Positions 43,272 through 56,122 of a DNA stretch of 64,000 nt are shown here, piece by piece; position 1 is the stretch's first letter, and each line of letters opens with the position of its first letter. Under the pieces are notes generated by a model. The model was not told the DNA's origin. It did not search any database and was given only the letters and a program-made list of their open reading frames with translations. Source of the stretch: Bdellovibrionales bacterium (GTDB lineage: Bacteria > Bdellovibrionota > Bdellovibrionia > Bdellovibrionales > UBA1609). A program made the position numbers and the translations under genes. The stretch lies in NCBI GenBank assembly GCA_965219095.1, contig CBDCMT010000001.1, forward strand, positions 1,440,001 to 1,504,000, given 5' to 3'.

Positions 43272-43410
43272 GACTTGTAACTGTGAGTCTTTTACGACCT
43301 TTGGCTCTTCTACGAGAGAGGGTTTTTTGACCTTTACTTGTAAGCATCCTGCGTCTAAACCCATGCTTTCTCTGCCTCCTAACACGACTTGGTTGATATG
43401 TTCTCTTCAT
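43261..43410 (-). CDS. rpmH: 50S ribosomal protein L34 (below ORF-track cutoff)
   Basis: [52 protein letters not shown]. Confidence 0.97.
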   Translation of the reverse strand: MKRTYQPSRVRRQRKHGFRRRMLTSKGQKTLSRRRAKGRKRLTVTSRGK

Positions 43411-43544
43411 AACGCACTCCTTAAAAGTTCATTTCCTACACCTTAAGAATAGAACCACAAAGACGCAAAGAGGTCAAGGAATTGCTAATTTTTTACAGTT
43501 GTGATAGCCTTTTATTCACTTTAACTTTCAGGGGGAGTAAGATC

Positions 43545-44918
43545 ATGTTTTCATGGGAGTCTTTTAGAGAACAGTTGAGAGAAAAACAAGGAATCAACCC
43601 TGCTTTTAAGAGCTTGCTTGATTCCATAAAATTTAACTCCTCCTTTCTTAAAGAAAATAAAGAGACTCTATCTTTTTCTGTACCTTCAGTTCTGCACCAA
43701 AAACAAGCTCAAAAGCACCTTATTCCAGAACTCAAACAAAAAGTAAAAGATTATAAAATTCTCTTTGAAATTGACCCTTCTTTAAAAACCCCTGAAATTG
43801 ACTCTAAAGAGCTTTTAAATTTAAGTTCTCTTTACAAAGGGTCTCAAAAAAAACAACATTATACTGCAAAAAGTCAACAAAAACTCAACCCCATCTATAC
43901 TTTTGAAAATTTTATAAAAGGTCCTGAGAATTGTTTTGCTTTAGAGGTTTGTCAAAGTTTAAGTACCTACCCATCAAACCTTCAAAGTGAAAAAAGCATC
44001 AATCCTCTTTTTATTTACGGCCCTTCAGGATTAGGAAAAACACATCTTTTATGTGCTTTTGGTCACAAAATACAGGCCTCTTTTCCTGAATTAAAACTTC
44101 TTTACACTTCAGGAGAAGGTTTTTTAAACCAATGTATCTCTGCTTTTAGGCATAAAAAGATGCAGGCCTTTAAAGAAAAATTTAGGGATTCTTGTGATAT
44201 CTTACTTGTCGATGACATACAAATTATTGGGAAAGGATCTGCTGTACAAGATGAGTTTTTCTACACTCTCAACACTTTTTTAGAAAACTCAAAACAAGTT
44301 GTTATTGCTAGTGATCGTATGCCTAAAGAACTAGGAGGAATAGAAGATCGTATTAAAACTCGTTTTGAGTGGGGTGTAATAGCTGACATACAAGTTCCAT
44401 GCATTGAAACACGTATTGCAATCTTAAAAAGTAAAATTGCAAGAAAAAATCTTCTTGTTCCAGAAGATGTGATTGAATACATTGCTTCTATTTCTAAAAA
44501 ATCTGTTAGAGAACTTGAAGGAAATCTTAACAAATTAAAAATGTTTTCTGAATTAAGAGGAATAGGTTTTTCTATGGATTTAGCACAAAAAATACTAGCT
44601 TGTCACGAAGATACAAAAACACTTACAATTGATGAAATTCAAAAGCATGTTTGTCAACACTACAAAATACGTTTCCAGGACATAAAATCAAAAAGTCGCA
44701 AAAAAGAAATTCTTTTGCCAAGACAAGTGGCTATGAGTTTAGCAAAAGATATTTTAAATACTTCTCTCACTAATGTAGGAAGAGCTTTTGGAGGCCGTGA
44801 TCATTCTACTGTATTAAACGCTTTAAAAAAGGTAGACACACTCAGACAAAAAAATTCTAATTTTGATCGAGAAATAAAAAGTCTTACAGCACGCATCAAA
44901 GGTTATTTCAATGTTTAA
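43545..44918 (+). CDS. dnaA: Chromosomal replication initiator DnaA
   Basis: NPLFIYGPSGLGKTHL, DDIQ, VRELEG, RQVAM, FGGRDHSTV; SD GGGGAG. Confidence 0.98.
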   Translation: MFSWESFREQLREKQGINPAFKSLLDSIKFNSSFLKENKETLSFSVPSVLHQKQAQKHLIPELKQKVKDYKILFEIDPSLKTPEIDSKELLNLSSLYKGSQKKQHYTAKSQQKLNPIYTFENFIKGPENCFALEVCQSLSTYPSNLQSEKSINPLFIYGPSGLGKTHLLCAFGHKIQASFPELKLLYTSGEGFLNQCISAFRHKKMQAFKEKFRDSCDILLVDDIQIIGKGSAVQDEFFYTLNTFLENSKQVVIASDRMPKELGGIEDRIKTRFEWGVIADIQVPCIETRIAILKSKIARKNLLVPEDVIEYIASISKKSVRELEGNLNKLKMFSELRGIGFSMDLAQKILACHEDTKTLTIDEIQKHVCQHYKIRFQDIKSKSRKKEILLPRQVAMSLAKDILNTSLTNVGRAFGGRDHSTVLNALKKVDTLRQKNSNFDREIKSLTARIKGYFNV

Positions 44919-45131
44919 AAACTGTAGAAATCTATCTTCATTAAGCCTTTTTAACTTCATTGAAAAAGGAAGGTGTATTTTTTTGCATAAAAAATACACC
45001 TTTTTAAGCTTACTTTTCCACAAAAAGATTATAGAGAAAACAATGAGATTATAAGGGTTTAAATAATATAAAAACAAATAAACAATGAACTAAAACAACT
45101 ACATGTTATAATAAATAAAAGAGGAAGTATT
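44919..45131. other. Candidate oriC (dnaA-dnaN intergenic region)
   Basis: TTTTCCACA DnaA box at 45014-45022, AT-rich tract, gene-strand switch nearby. Confidence 0.55.
44970..45002. terminator. 14-bp perfect inverted repeat with T-tail (terminator or cruciform)
   Basis: AAGGTGTATTTTTT-TGCAT-AAAAAATACACCTT. Confidence 0.55.
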
Positions 45132-46262
45132 ATGAAGGTAAAAGTAAAGAAAAGTAAAATTTATAAGGCCCTAGGTCTTACACATAGTGTGTCAGAAATT
45201 AGAAGCACAATGCCCATTTTATCTTACATCTACCTTGAAGGAAAAAAGGATCGTCTTGAGATGAAGTGTACTGATTTAAAAGTTAGTTTTATTTCTCATA
45301 TACCAGCTAAAGTTAAACAAGAAGGAAGTGTTGTTATACCTTCTAGAGATTTTTATAATCTTATAAAAGAATTTCCTGAAGGGGAAATCCTTCTTGAAAA
45401 AGAAAATAAAGGAATAAAAATCAAACAAGGAAGATCTCTTTTTCATCTTTTAGGAAGAGATGTGGAACTTTTTCCTATTTTTCCTGAGTATAATTCGTCT
45501 TATTTTTTCCCCTTTAAACAAGAAACTTTTTTAGATATGATACAAAAAACTATCTATAGTGTTTCTACTGATAAAACAAGGAATCATTTAAATGGAGTTT
45601 TTTTTCAAGTTGATCAAGAAGAATCTCTTTGTAATATGGTGTCAACAGATAGTCATAGATTGAGCTTCATTTCTAAAAAGTTAGAGATGAAAAAAGAATC
45701 TAAAGTGTTTCATAAAGGGGTCATTATACCTAGAAAAGGAGTTAATGAAATAAGAAAAACTTTAATAGAATTTCCTGAAGGAGACTTTGAAATTCTTTCA
45801 GAAGGACCACAACTGATCTTAAGAAAAAAAGAAGAAGATATAGTTTGTATTCTCATGATGAGGCTTATTGAAGGTAATTTTCCTGATTATAAAAAAATGA
45901 TTCCTAAAAAAGTCAATGAACCTGCAACTATAGATAAAAATCTTTTTCAAGCTACTTTAAAAAGGGTTTCTCTTTTATCTAATGAAAAGTCAAGAGGTAT
46001 TTTTTTAAATCTTAAAAAAGGAGTTATGGAATTGAGCTCGGAGAACAAAGCAGGAAGTGCTAAAGAAAAAATAAACGTTGACTATGAGGGAGAGAATGTA
46101 AAAGTAGGTTTTAATTCAAGTTACATTTCGGATGTTCTTTTAAGTTTTGAAGATAAAGAGGAAGAAATTTCTTTTGAAATTAAAGATAATGAATCTCCAG
46201 GGATTATACAGTCAAAGAAAAATAGTAATTATAAATGTATTGTTATGCCCATGAGAATCTAA
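45132..46262 (+). CDS. dnaN: DNA polymerase III beta clamp
   Basis: TMPILS, STDSHRL, LIEGNFPDY, GFN..Y, VMPMRI. Confidence 0.97.
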   Translation: MKVKVKKSKIYKALGLTHSVSEIRSTMPILSYIYLEGKKDRLEMKCTDLKVSFISHIPAKVKQEGSVVIPSRDFYNLIKEFPEGEILLEKENKGIKIKQGRSLFHLLGRDVELFPIFPEYNSSYFFPFKQETFLDMIQKTIYSVSTDKTRNHLNGVFFQVDQEESLCNMVSTDSHRLSFISKKLEMKKESKVFHKGVIIPRKGVNEIRKTLIEFPEGDFEILSEGPQLILRKKEEDIVCILMMRLIEGNFPDYKKMIPKKVNEPATIDKNLFQATLKRVSLLSNEKSRGIFLNLKKGVMELSSENKAGSAKEKINVDYEGENVKVGFNSSYISDVLLSFEDKEEEISFEIKDNESPGIIQSKKNSNYKCIVMPMRI

Positions 46263-46263
46263 T

Positions 46264-49847
<3,584 letters not shown>

Positions 49848-49850
49848 AGT

Positions 49851-52292
49851 ATGAAAGAAAAAACAAACATACAACCTGTTGATATAAATCATGAAATGAA
49901 CTCTGCTTACTTACAGTACTCTATGAGTGTTATTGTAGGAAGAGCTCTTCCCGATGTAAGAGATGGACTTAAACCTGTCCATAGACGTGTGCTTTTTGCT
50001 ATGAACGATTTGAGTAATTTTCATGATAAACCTTACAAAAAATCAGCTCGTGTTGTAGGAGATGTGATAGGAAAATACCATCCCCATGGAGATACTTCAG
50101 CTTACGAAACTATTGTAAGAATGGCACAAGATTTCTCACTTCGTTATCCTCTTGTGGATGGACAGGGAAACTTTGGTTCTATTGATGGAGATGCGGCTGC
50201 TGCCCAAAGGTACACAGAGGTAAGAATGACTCTTCTTGCAGAAGAGATTTTGAAGGATATTGACAAAGAAACAGTAAGTTTTCAAGATAATTATGATAAC
50301 TCCTTGAAAATTCCTTCTGTTTTACCTTGTAAATTTCCTAATCTTTTAGCTAACGGGAGTTCTGGAATTGCTGTAGGCATGGCTACAAATATTCCTCCTC
50401 ATAACTTAGGTGAATTAATCAAAGCTTGTATTCAAATGATAAGAAAACCACAAGTTACAATTGATGAAATTCTTAAGATAGTTAGGGGGCCTGATTTCCC
50501 AACAGCAGGAATGGTTATAGGGAGAGGAGGGCTTGTTTCTGCTTATAAAAAAGGAAGAGGAGTGATTACACTTCGTTCGGTTGCGGAAATTGTTACAAAC
50601 AAAAAAAATAGGGATTCTATTGTTATAACAGAACTTCCTTTTCAAGTTAATAAAGCAAGACTTTTAGAGCATATGGCAGAACTTGTGAAAACAAAAAAAA
50701 TAGAAGGAATTTCCGATTTAAGGGATGAATCCTCTAGGGAAGGTTTGAGAGTTGTTATCGATATTAAAAAAGGAGAGGATGCTAATATTATTTTAAACCA
50801 ACTTTATAAGTTTACTCAATTACAAACAAGCTTTGGAATCATCCTACTTGCCCTAGATACTAAAAATCAACCTAAAATTTATAATTTAAAATCCATGTTG
50901 GAAGCTTTTATTGATCATAGGAAAGATGTTATAACCCATAGATGTATTTTTGAACTTAAAAAGGCTAGTGCAAAAGCACACATTTTTGAAGGGTTAAAAA
51001 GAGCCCTTCATTCTATTGATGAAGTTGTAAAACTCATAAGAGCTAGCAAGGAAGCTAGTATGGCTAAAACTTATCTTATAAATAAGTTTTCTTTTTCAGA
51101 AATGCAAGCTCAAGCTATTTTGGAAATGAGACTTCAAAGATTGACAGGTTTAGAAAGACAAAAAATTGAATCTGAATTAGTAAGCTTGCGAAAAACAATG
51201 GCGGAATTAAAAAACATTCTTTCTAGTTCAGAAAAAGTTTATGAAATCATTATAAAAGAGTTGGAATGGATTGATAAGAAATTCTTTTCAGAGAGAAAGA
51301 CCAAGATCATTTTAGATGAGTTAGAAGAACAAAGTGATGAAGAACTTATTAGTAAAGAAGATATGGTTGTGACTTTGACAAGGTCAGGTATGGTAAAGAG
51401 AATCTCTATAGATGAGTATAGACTGCAGAAAAGAGGAGGAAAAGGTTTGAAGGGAATTGTAAGGGAAGAAGATTCTATGGCAAAAGTTTTTAGTGCTAAC
51501 ACACATACTTCCTTGCTTTTTCTTTCTGATAGAGGACGGCTTCATTGGTCTAAAGTTTTTAAACTTCCACAAGGAACTCGTACGACAAAAGGAAAATCAA
51601 TCAGAAACTTCTGTCAACTTTCGGAGGGAGAAAATATAAGAGAAATTTTACCTGTAGAGAATTTTTCAGATCAAAAATTTATTGCTTATGTTAGTAAAAA
51701 AGGCTATATCAAAAAAACGAATCTCTCCTCTTTTGAAAAGCCAAGGCAATCTGGTGTTGTAGCTCTTACTATTGATGAGGAGGATGAGCTTGTGTCAGCT
51801 AACATAACAGATGGAAAAAGTAAAATTATTATTTTTACAAAAAAAGGTCTTTGTATTATGTTTGGCGAGGACAAGGTAAGACCTATGGGGCGTGCAGCAA
51901 GGGGAGTTAGAGGAATCAATTTATCACAATATGATGAGGTTGTGAGTGTAGAAATTTTCTCTAAGGATCGTCAAACAGAGAAAGATTACATCCTTTTAGT
52001 TACGGAGTCAGGCTATGGGAAAAGAATCTCCTTTGAGGATTTTAGACCTCAAGGACGAGGAGGAAAAGGAATCATTGCCCAAAAGGTCACATCAAAAACA
52101 GGACTTGTTATTTCATCTTCTCAAGTAAGAGACGAAGATCAGGTACTTTTGATCACCAACCAAGGTCAGACTATTCGTATGAGAGTTTCTGATATTTCTA
52201 TCATAGGACGCAACACTCAAGGTGTACGTCTTATGGGTTTAAAAGAAGGCGAAGTGATTACAGAGATGACTCTTATTAACGAAGATCGATAG
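49851..52292 (+). CDS. gyrA: DNA gyrase subunit A
   Basis: [22 protein letters not shown], GyrA-box QKRGGKG. Confidence 0.98.
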   Translation: MKEKTNIQPVDINHEMNSAYLQYSMSVIVGRALPDVRDGLKPVHRRVLFAMNDLSNFHDKPYKKSARVVGDVIGKYHPHGDTSAYETIVRMAQDFSLRYPLVDGQGNFGSIDGDAAAAQRYTEVRMTLLAEEILKDIDKETVSFQDNYDNSLKIPSVLPCKFPNLLANGSSGIAVGMATNIPPHNLGELIKACIQMIRKPQVTIDEILKIVRGPDFPTAGMVIGRGGLVSAYKKGRGVITLRSVAEIVTNKKNRDSIVITELPFQVNKARLLEHMAELVKTKKIEGISDLRDESSREGLRVVIDIKKGEDANIILNQLYKFTQLQTSFGIILLALDTKNQPKIYNLKSMLEAFIDHRKDVITHRCIFELKKASAKAHIFEGLKRALHSIDEVVKLIRASKEASMAKTYLINKFSFSEMQAQAILEMRLQRLTGLERQKIESELVSLRKTMAELKNILSSSEKVYEIIIKELEWIDKKFFSERKTKIILDELEEQSDEELISKEDMVVTLTRSGMVKRISIDEYRLQKRGGKGLKGIVREEDSMAKVFSANTHTSLLFLSDRGRLHWSKVFKLPQGTRTTKGKSIRNFCQLSEGENIREILPVENFSDQKFIAYVSKKGYIKKTNLSSFEKPRQSGVVALTIDEEDELVSANITDGKSKIIIFTKKGLCIMFGEDKVRPMGRAARGVRGINLSQYDEVVSVEIFSKDRQTEKDYILLVTESGYGKRISFEDFRPQGRGGKGIIAQKVTSKTGLVISSSQVRDEDQVLLITNQGQTIRMRVSDISIIGRNTQGVRLMGLKEGEVITEMTLINEDR

Positions 52293-52296
52293 AGAG

Positions 52297-53058
52297 ATGT
52301 TTTTCCGAACTTTCTTTTTTTGTTTTTTTCTTACAGCTTGCCTCCCTTTTAAAAACTTCTTTTCTTATAACAAAGATCTTGATAAAGAAGATGGTTTTAA
52401 GAATTTAGAGACCTATGAAAGGCTTTTTATCAGACAAAGAGATCTTCTTAAGAAAAAAGAGCTTGCTTATAAAATAGCTCTTATAGCTCATATAAAAATA
52501 AAGGACTCAGATAAGGCTCTTTATTACTATAATTACATTGTGCACAAATCTCAAAATAAAAAAGAAATCCAAGAGGTTCAAGAAAAAATAGCTAGCCTTT
52601 ATTTTTATCAAAAAATGGATTATAAAAAAGCCATTTATGAATATGAAAAACTTCTTCATCTTGAGAAAAGAGCCTTCTACTTTCTTAATTTAGCAAGGAG
52701 TTATTTTTATGTTAATGACTTTCAACAGGCAAGCCTTGAGGTGAAAAAAATTTTAAAACTCCCCTTAAAAAAAGATGAAGCTTTTGAGGCTTTTTTTTTG
52801 AGAGCAAATATCCTTTTTGCTAAAAAAGATGTTCGAGAATCTATTGAAGAGTATGAAAATCTGCTCAAAAAATATCCCGAGAGATCTAAAAAATCAGGTG
52901 TTCATTTACAGCTTTCTTTAGCTTATGAGAGGTTGCTTCAGTATTCTAAGGCCATAAGAGTCTTGAAAGCTTTTCGTGGAAACATGAGTGCAAAAGATAT
53001 AGACGAGAGAGTTAAACGTCTTGAAAAAAGAAATAAAATGATGCCTAAAGCCTTTTAG
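52297..53058 (+). CDS. TPR-repeat lipoprotein
   Basis: Lipobox LTAC; TPR-like helices. Confidence 0.7.
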   Translation: MFFRTFFFCFFLTACLPFKNFFSYNKDLDKEDGFKNLETYERLFIRQRDLLKKKELAYKIALIAHIKIKDSDKALYYYNYIVHKSQNKKEIQEVQEKIASLYFYQKMDYKKAIYEYEKLLHLEKRAFYFLNLARSYFYVNDFQQASLEVKKILKLPLKKDEAFEAFFLRANILFAKKDVRESIEEYENLLKKYPERSKKSGVHLQLSLAYERLLQYSKAIRVLKAFRGNMSAKDIDERVKRLEKRNKMMPKAF

Positions 53059-53078
53059 CCTTCAAGAAAGGAGTAGTT

Positions 53079-53288
53079 ATGAATAAAAAATATCTTGTCT
53101 TTACAGGTTTAGGCTTTGAACTCTTAGGGTTTGTTCTCTCAGGGCTTTATGTGGGGTCTGTTTTAGATCGCACTTTAGGAACAGAGGATTTGTGGAAAGG
53201 AATTATCGTAATAAGCTTCATAGTGGTTTGGTTTGCACACTTCTTTCTTATGGTAAGGAAGATCCTCAGAGAAGAAGGGAAGAAATGA
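53079..53288 (+). CDS. AtpZ/AtpI-family small membrane protein
   Basis: GLGFEL..G..LD pattern, 2 TM segments, upstream of atpB. Confidence 0.75.
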   Translation: MNKKYLVFTGLGFELLGFVLSGLYVGSVLDRTLGTEDLWKGIIVISFIVVWFAHFFLMVRKILREEGKK

Positions 53289-53644
53289 GTTCTATAAGAA
53301 AGGTGTGGGGGTTACATGTCCTTATAGTAGCGGGGCTATTTTTAGTCCTCTTAAAGATGAAAAGCTTAGGCACTGTGCAGAAAACTATGCTTGAATCTTT
53401 TTCAAGTATGGCTTTGTTGATGAATTTTAACCTTTTTGCCCTGTTATGGAGTTTTAAGAGGATTTTTTGTAAAAAATCCATTGCTTTATCTGCTCTAGTT
53501 ATTGTATTTAAGTGGTTAGTAGTGCTTTATTTTTTGTTCTTATTTTTAGGAAAGTGGAGAATGGATGTGAATGGAATTTTATTAGGAGCTTTGACACTTG
53601 TTCTTCCTTTAGGTTATTTTATAAAAGGGAGTTTTAGAAAGTGA
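53285..53644 (+). CDS. ATP synthase I-like membrane protein
   Basis: 4 TM segments, ATGA overlap, position before atpB. Confidence 0.65.
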   Translation: MSSIRKVWGLHVLIVAGLFLVLLKMKSLGTVQKTMLESFSSMALLMNFNLFALLWSFKRIFCKKSIALSALVIVFKWLVVLYFLFLFLGKWRMDVNGILLGALTLVLPLGYFIKGSFRK

Positions 53645-54360
53645 CGCATTTTAATTGGCTAGATCTTTTAAATTTTATTCCACATCATTTGGTTCATGTT
53701 TACACTTTGCTTTTGACAGGTTTTTTGCTTCTTTGTTTAGGTCTTATAGCTTCTTATACAAGAAAAAAAACCGTAATTTCTCATCCTTCTGATCCAGGAT
53801 CGAAGATCGTAGTTCCAGCTTCTTCTTTTGGGTTAAGTGGATTTTTTGAAATCATTACAGAATTTATAGATGATTTGGTGGTTAAAATCATAGGAAAAAA
53901 AGCAACCTTCTTAACACCTGTTTTTTCAGCCTACTTTCTTATCATTCTTTTTTGTAATCTCACAGGGCTTATTCCGGGGATGACTCCTGCAACAGATAAT
54001 CTTAACACTACTTTAGCTATGGGATTTTTAAGCTTTCTTATGTATAATTTTTTAGGATTTAAAGCTCATGGTATATCTTATTTAAAGCAATTTTTAGGAC
54101 CCGTTGGTTTTTTAATTCCTTTGATGCTATTGATTGAGATTATATCCCATGTTGTAAGGCCTTTGAGTTTAGGCCTTAGATTATGGGGTAACATTATGGG
54201 GGATCATTTGGTTTTAGGTATTTTTTTGGATCTAGGATCTTACTTTTTGATTCCTCTTCTTTTTTATGGTTTAGGTTTGTTTGTTTGTTTCATGCAAGCC
54301 TTTGTGTTTACTATTTTATCAATCGTTTATGTAAGCATGGCCGTATCCCATGATCATTAA
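53641..54360 (+). CDS. atpB: F0 ATP synthase subunit a
   Basis: NLTGLIPG, RPLSLGLRLWGN, FMQAFVFTILS. Confidence 0.96.
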   Translation: MTHFNWLDLLNFIPHHLVHVYTLLLTGFLLLCLGLIASYTRKKTVISHPSDPGSKIVVPASSFGLSGFFEIITEFIDDLVVKIIGKKATFLTPVFSAYFLIILFCNLTGLIPGMTPATDNLNTTLAMGFLSFLMYNFLGFKAHGISYLKQFLGPVGFLIPLMLLIEIISHVVRPLSLGLRLWGNIMGDHLVLGIFLDLGSYFLIPLLFYGLGLFVCFMQAFVFTILSIVYVSMAVSHDH

Positions 54361-54390
54361 TAAAAATAAAATTAAAAAGGAGGAGAAAAA

Positions 54391-54726
54391 ATGAAAAAAA
54401 TAATAATCACAAAACAACAAATACTTTCTTTCTTAAGTCTTTACTTACTTTCTTTTTCAGCTTTTGCTGAGGAAATGGCTTCAGGTTTAGGTTTGTCTGA
54501 AAGTTCAGGATTCATAGCTTTAGGAGCAGGTTTAGCTATTGGAATGGCAGCTCTAGGAGGAGCACTTGCTCAAGGACGTACAACAGGTGCGGCTATGGAA
54601 GGTTTGGCAAGAAACCCTCAAGCAAGAGACTCTATGTTTGTTCCTATGATCATAGGGCTTGCTCTCATTGAATCTCTTGTGATTTATGCACTTGTGATCT
54701 CTTTTTTCTTAATAGGAAAAATTTAA
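54391..54726 (+). CDS. atpE: F0 ATP synthase subunit c with N-terminal extension
   Basis: GAGLAIG..GGALAQG, ARNP, ALIESLVIY. Confidence 0.96.
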   Translation: MKKIIITKQQILSFLSLYLLSFSAFAEEMASGLGLSESSGFIALGAGLAIGMAALGGALAQGRTTGAAMEGLARNPQARDSMFVPMIIGLALIESLVIYALVISFFLIGKI

Positions 54727-54846
54727 AGAAATTTAAATGAAAAACTGAAGTTTCTTAAGGATACTGAATGGCGGAAATGGTCAAGGAGGATGTCCGTAAT
54801 CCAGGAAGCTATGATTCATAAGGAGATTTGTAGAAGATTTCTCTTC

Positions 54847-55052
54847 TAATTCTTCGGTAAATTAAAAAGATAGGCCACTGTTTAAGCGTAACTCGGTTTT
54901 TAAACCTCTCCTAACTTATACTGACTACACTTCTTTCAAAAAAACCCTTTTAAAATCTAAGAAACATCCTCCCCACAGAAGTCAAGGGCTGTTAAGAAAC
55001 CGACTTACGTTTAAGCCATGATAGTGACCCTGAAATACTTGTAGAAGGAGGT
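54847..55052 (+). repeat. Dispersed repeat copy B, interrupted by the MITE
   Basis: Flanks of the MITE align with the reverse complement of 37131-37208. Confidence 0.8.
54888..55008. mobile_element. 121-bp IS66-derived MITE
   Basis: IRs GTAACTCGGTTT and GTAAGTCGGTTT; 8-bp TSD GTTTAAGC (54880-54887, 55009-55016); right about 55 bp matches the IS66 end at 17991/34077. Confidence 0.92.
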
Positions 55053-55460
55053 TAACTTGCCAAGATAACCAGTTCTTCTTTGGCATAGAGAAATATTTAG
55101 ATCAAAAATCTAAAAAGAAAACCTCATCCATCAAAGAAAAAGAAGCTGATTTTAAGATTATTTTTGGAGTTTTGGAAGAAAAATTTAAGAAAAAATGTTA
55201 AGAGAGCCTTTTGTTAGAGAGTTTTAAGAGCATCTAATTTTTCGTAAGAAGGTGTAACTAAATCAATTAAGAGTTTAACAAGATAAACGCTCTGTTCAAC
55301 TAAACCGTCTCTTAAGTTATGAAAAAATATTTAACCCTCTATAGTAGAAAGTAACAGGGATAAAGATCATACCGCATAAAAATCCTAGGCTTTTGTCAAT
55401 TTTTCACATTCGACTAGATAGTAAAGACTATAGGTCACTCTTTTTTGAAAATGGGAGTTT

Positions 55461-55835
55461 TTAAAACCATAAAAGAAATCCACCTAAAAGAAAGCAGGAT
55501 ATACCATAGAAAAGATACCAAAACTTAAATCTAAAAAATTTAAAACTTAAGAGTGCTATTTTGTCAGTAAAAGAAAGAAATAAAAAAGCTTTAACAACTC
55601 CCAGAAGACCATAGATCAATAAAAACCAAGATTTCACTCCATAAGGCTGTCTGTAAAATAAAACAAGAAAAAGACTTATGAGAAGAACGAAAAACCCTAA
55701 GGATAAACATTTTGTTATATCTGATTCAAATTTTAAAAAATAAGCTTTCCAAAGGTTATGATTTAAAAGCATAGAAAGGCCCATAGTTATATAGACAAGG
55801 CCTAAAAAGCTTTCTATAAGGTTATGTGCCTCTAT
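55461..55835 (-). CDS. Small multi-TM membrane protein; possible ATA start at 55835 (first ATG 55784)
   Basis: Hydrophobic ORF; frame open upstream through IEAHNLIESFLGLVYIT. Confidence 0.6.
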   Translation of the reverse strand: MEAHNLIESFLGLVYITMGLSMLLNHNLWKAYFLKFESDITKCLSLGFFVLLISLFLVLFYRQPYGVKSWFLLIYGLLGVVKAFLFLSFTDKIALLSFKFFRFKFWYLFYGISCFLLGGFLLWF

Positions 55836-56080
55836 CTTCTTCCCTTCCCCTTTATTTTATCACTTTCTGAAGGGGTTTTTGCTTCTCCTGGACAGTTTTC
55901 AAGAGTACACCCTGAAAGTTGATGAGTTTTACAAGGATCTTGTTCATAATAAAGATTTTCGTCACAAGGGGAAAAAAGATCGGAGACACCACCCTCTGAT
56001 TTCTCTTCTGCAAAACTCATTCCTGAAAGATAAGCTGCGAAACATAAAATCAAACTTATTATAAAATATTTTTTTCTCAT
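55832..56080 (-). CDS. Small secreted protein (signal peptide, 4 Cys in mature part, charged low-complexity tail)
   Basis: MRKKYFIISLILCFAAYLSGMSFA|EE; AAGGA SD. Confidence 0.7.
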   Translation of the reverse strand: MRKKYFIISLILCFAAYLSGMSFAEEKSEGGVSDLFSPCDENLYYEQDPCKTHQLSGCTLENCPGEAKTPSESDKIKGKGRR

Positions 56081-56122
56081 ATTTTTTCCTTTTTATTTAT
56101 TATTCATATTTATTCATGATGA

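Noticed and set aside
43272..43385. N-terminal extension of RnpA given by the ORF track
   Set aside because: This stretch is rpmH in another frame
54760..54790. tRNA-Leu-like 5' fragment (TGGCGGAAATGGT)
   Set aside because: No anticodon arm, TTC loop or acceptor stem pairing
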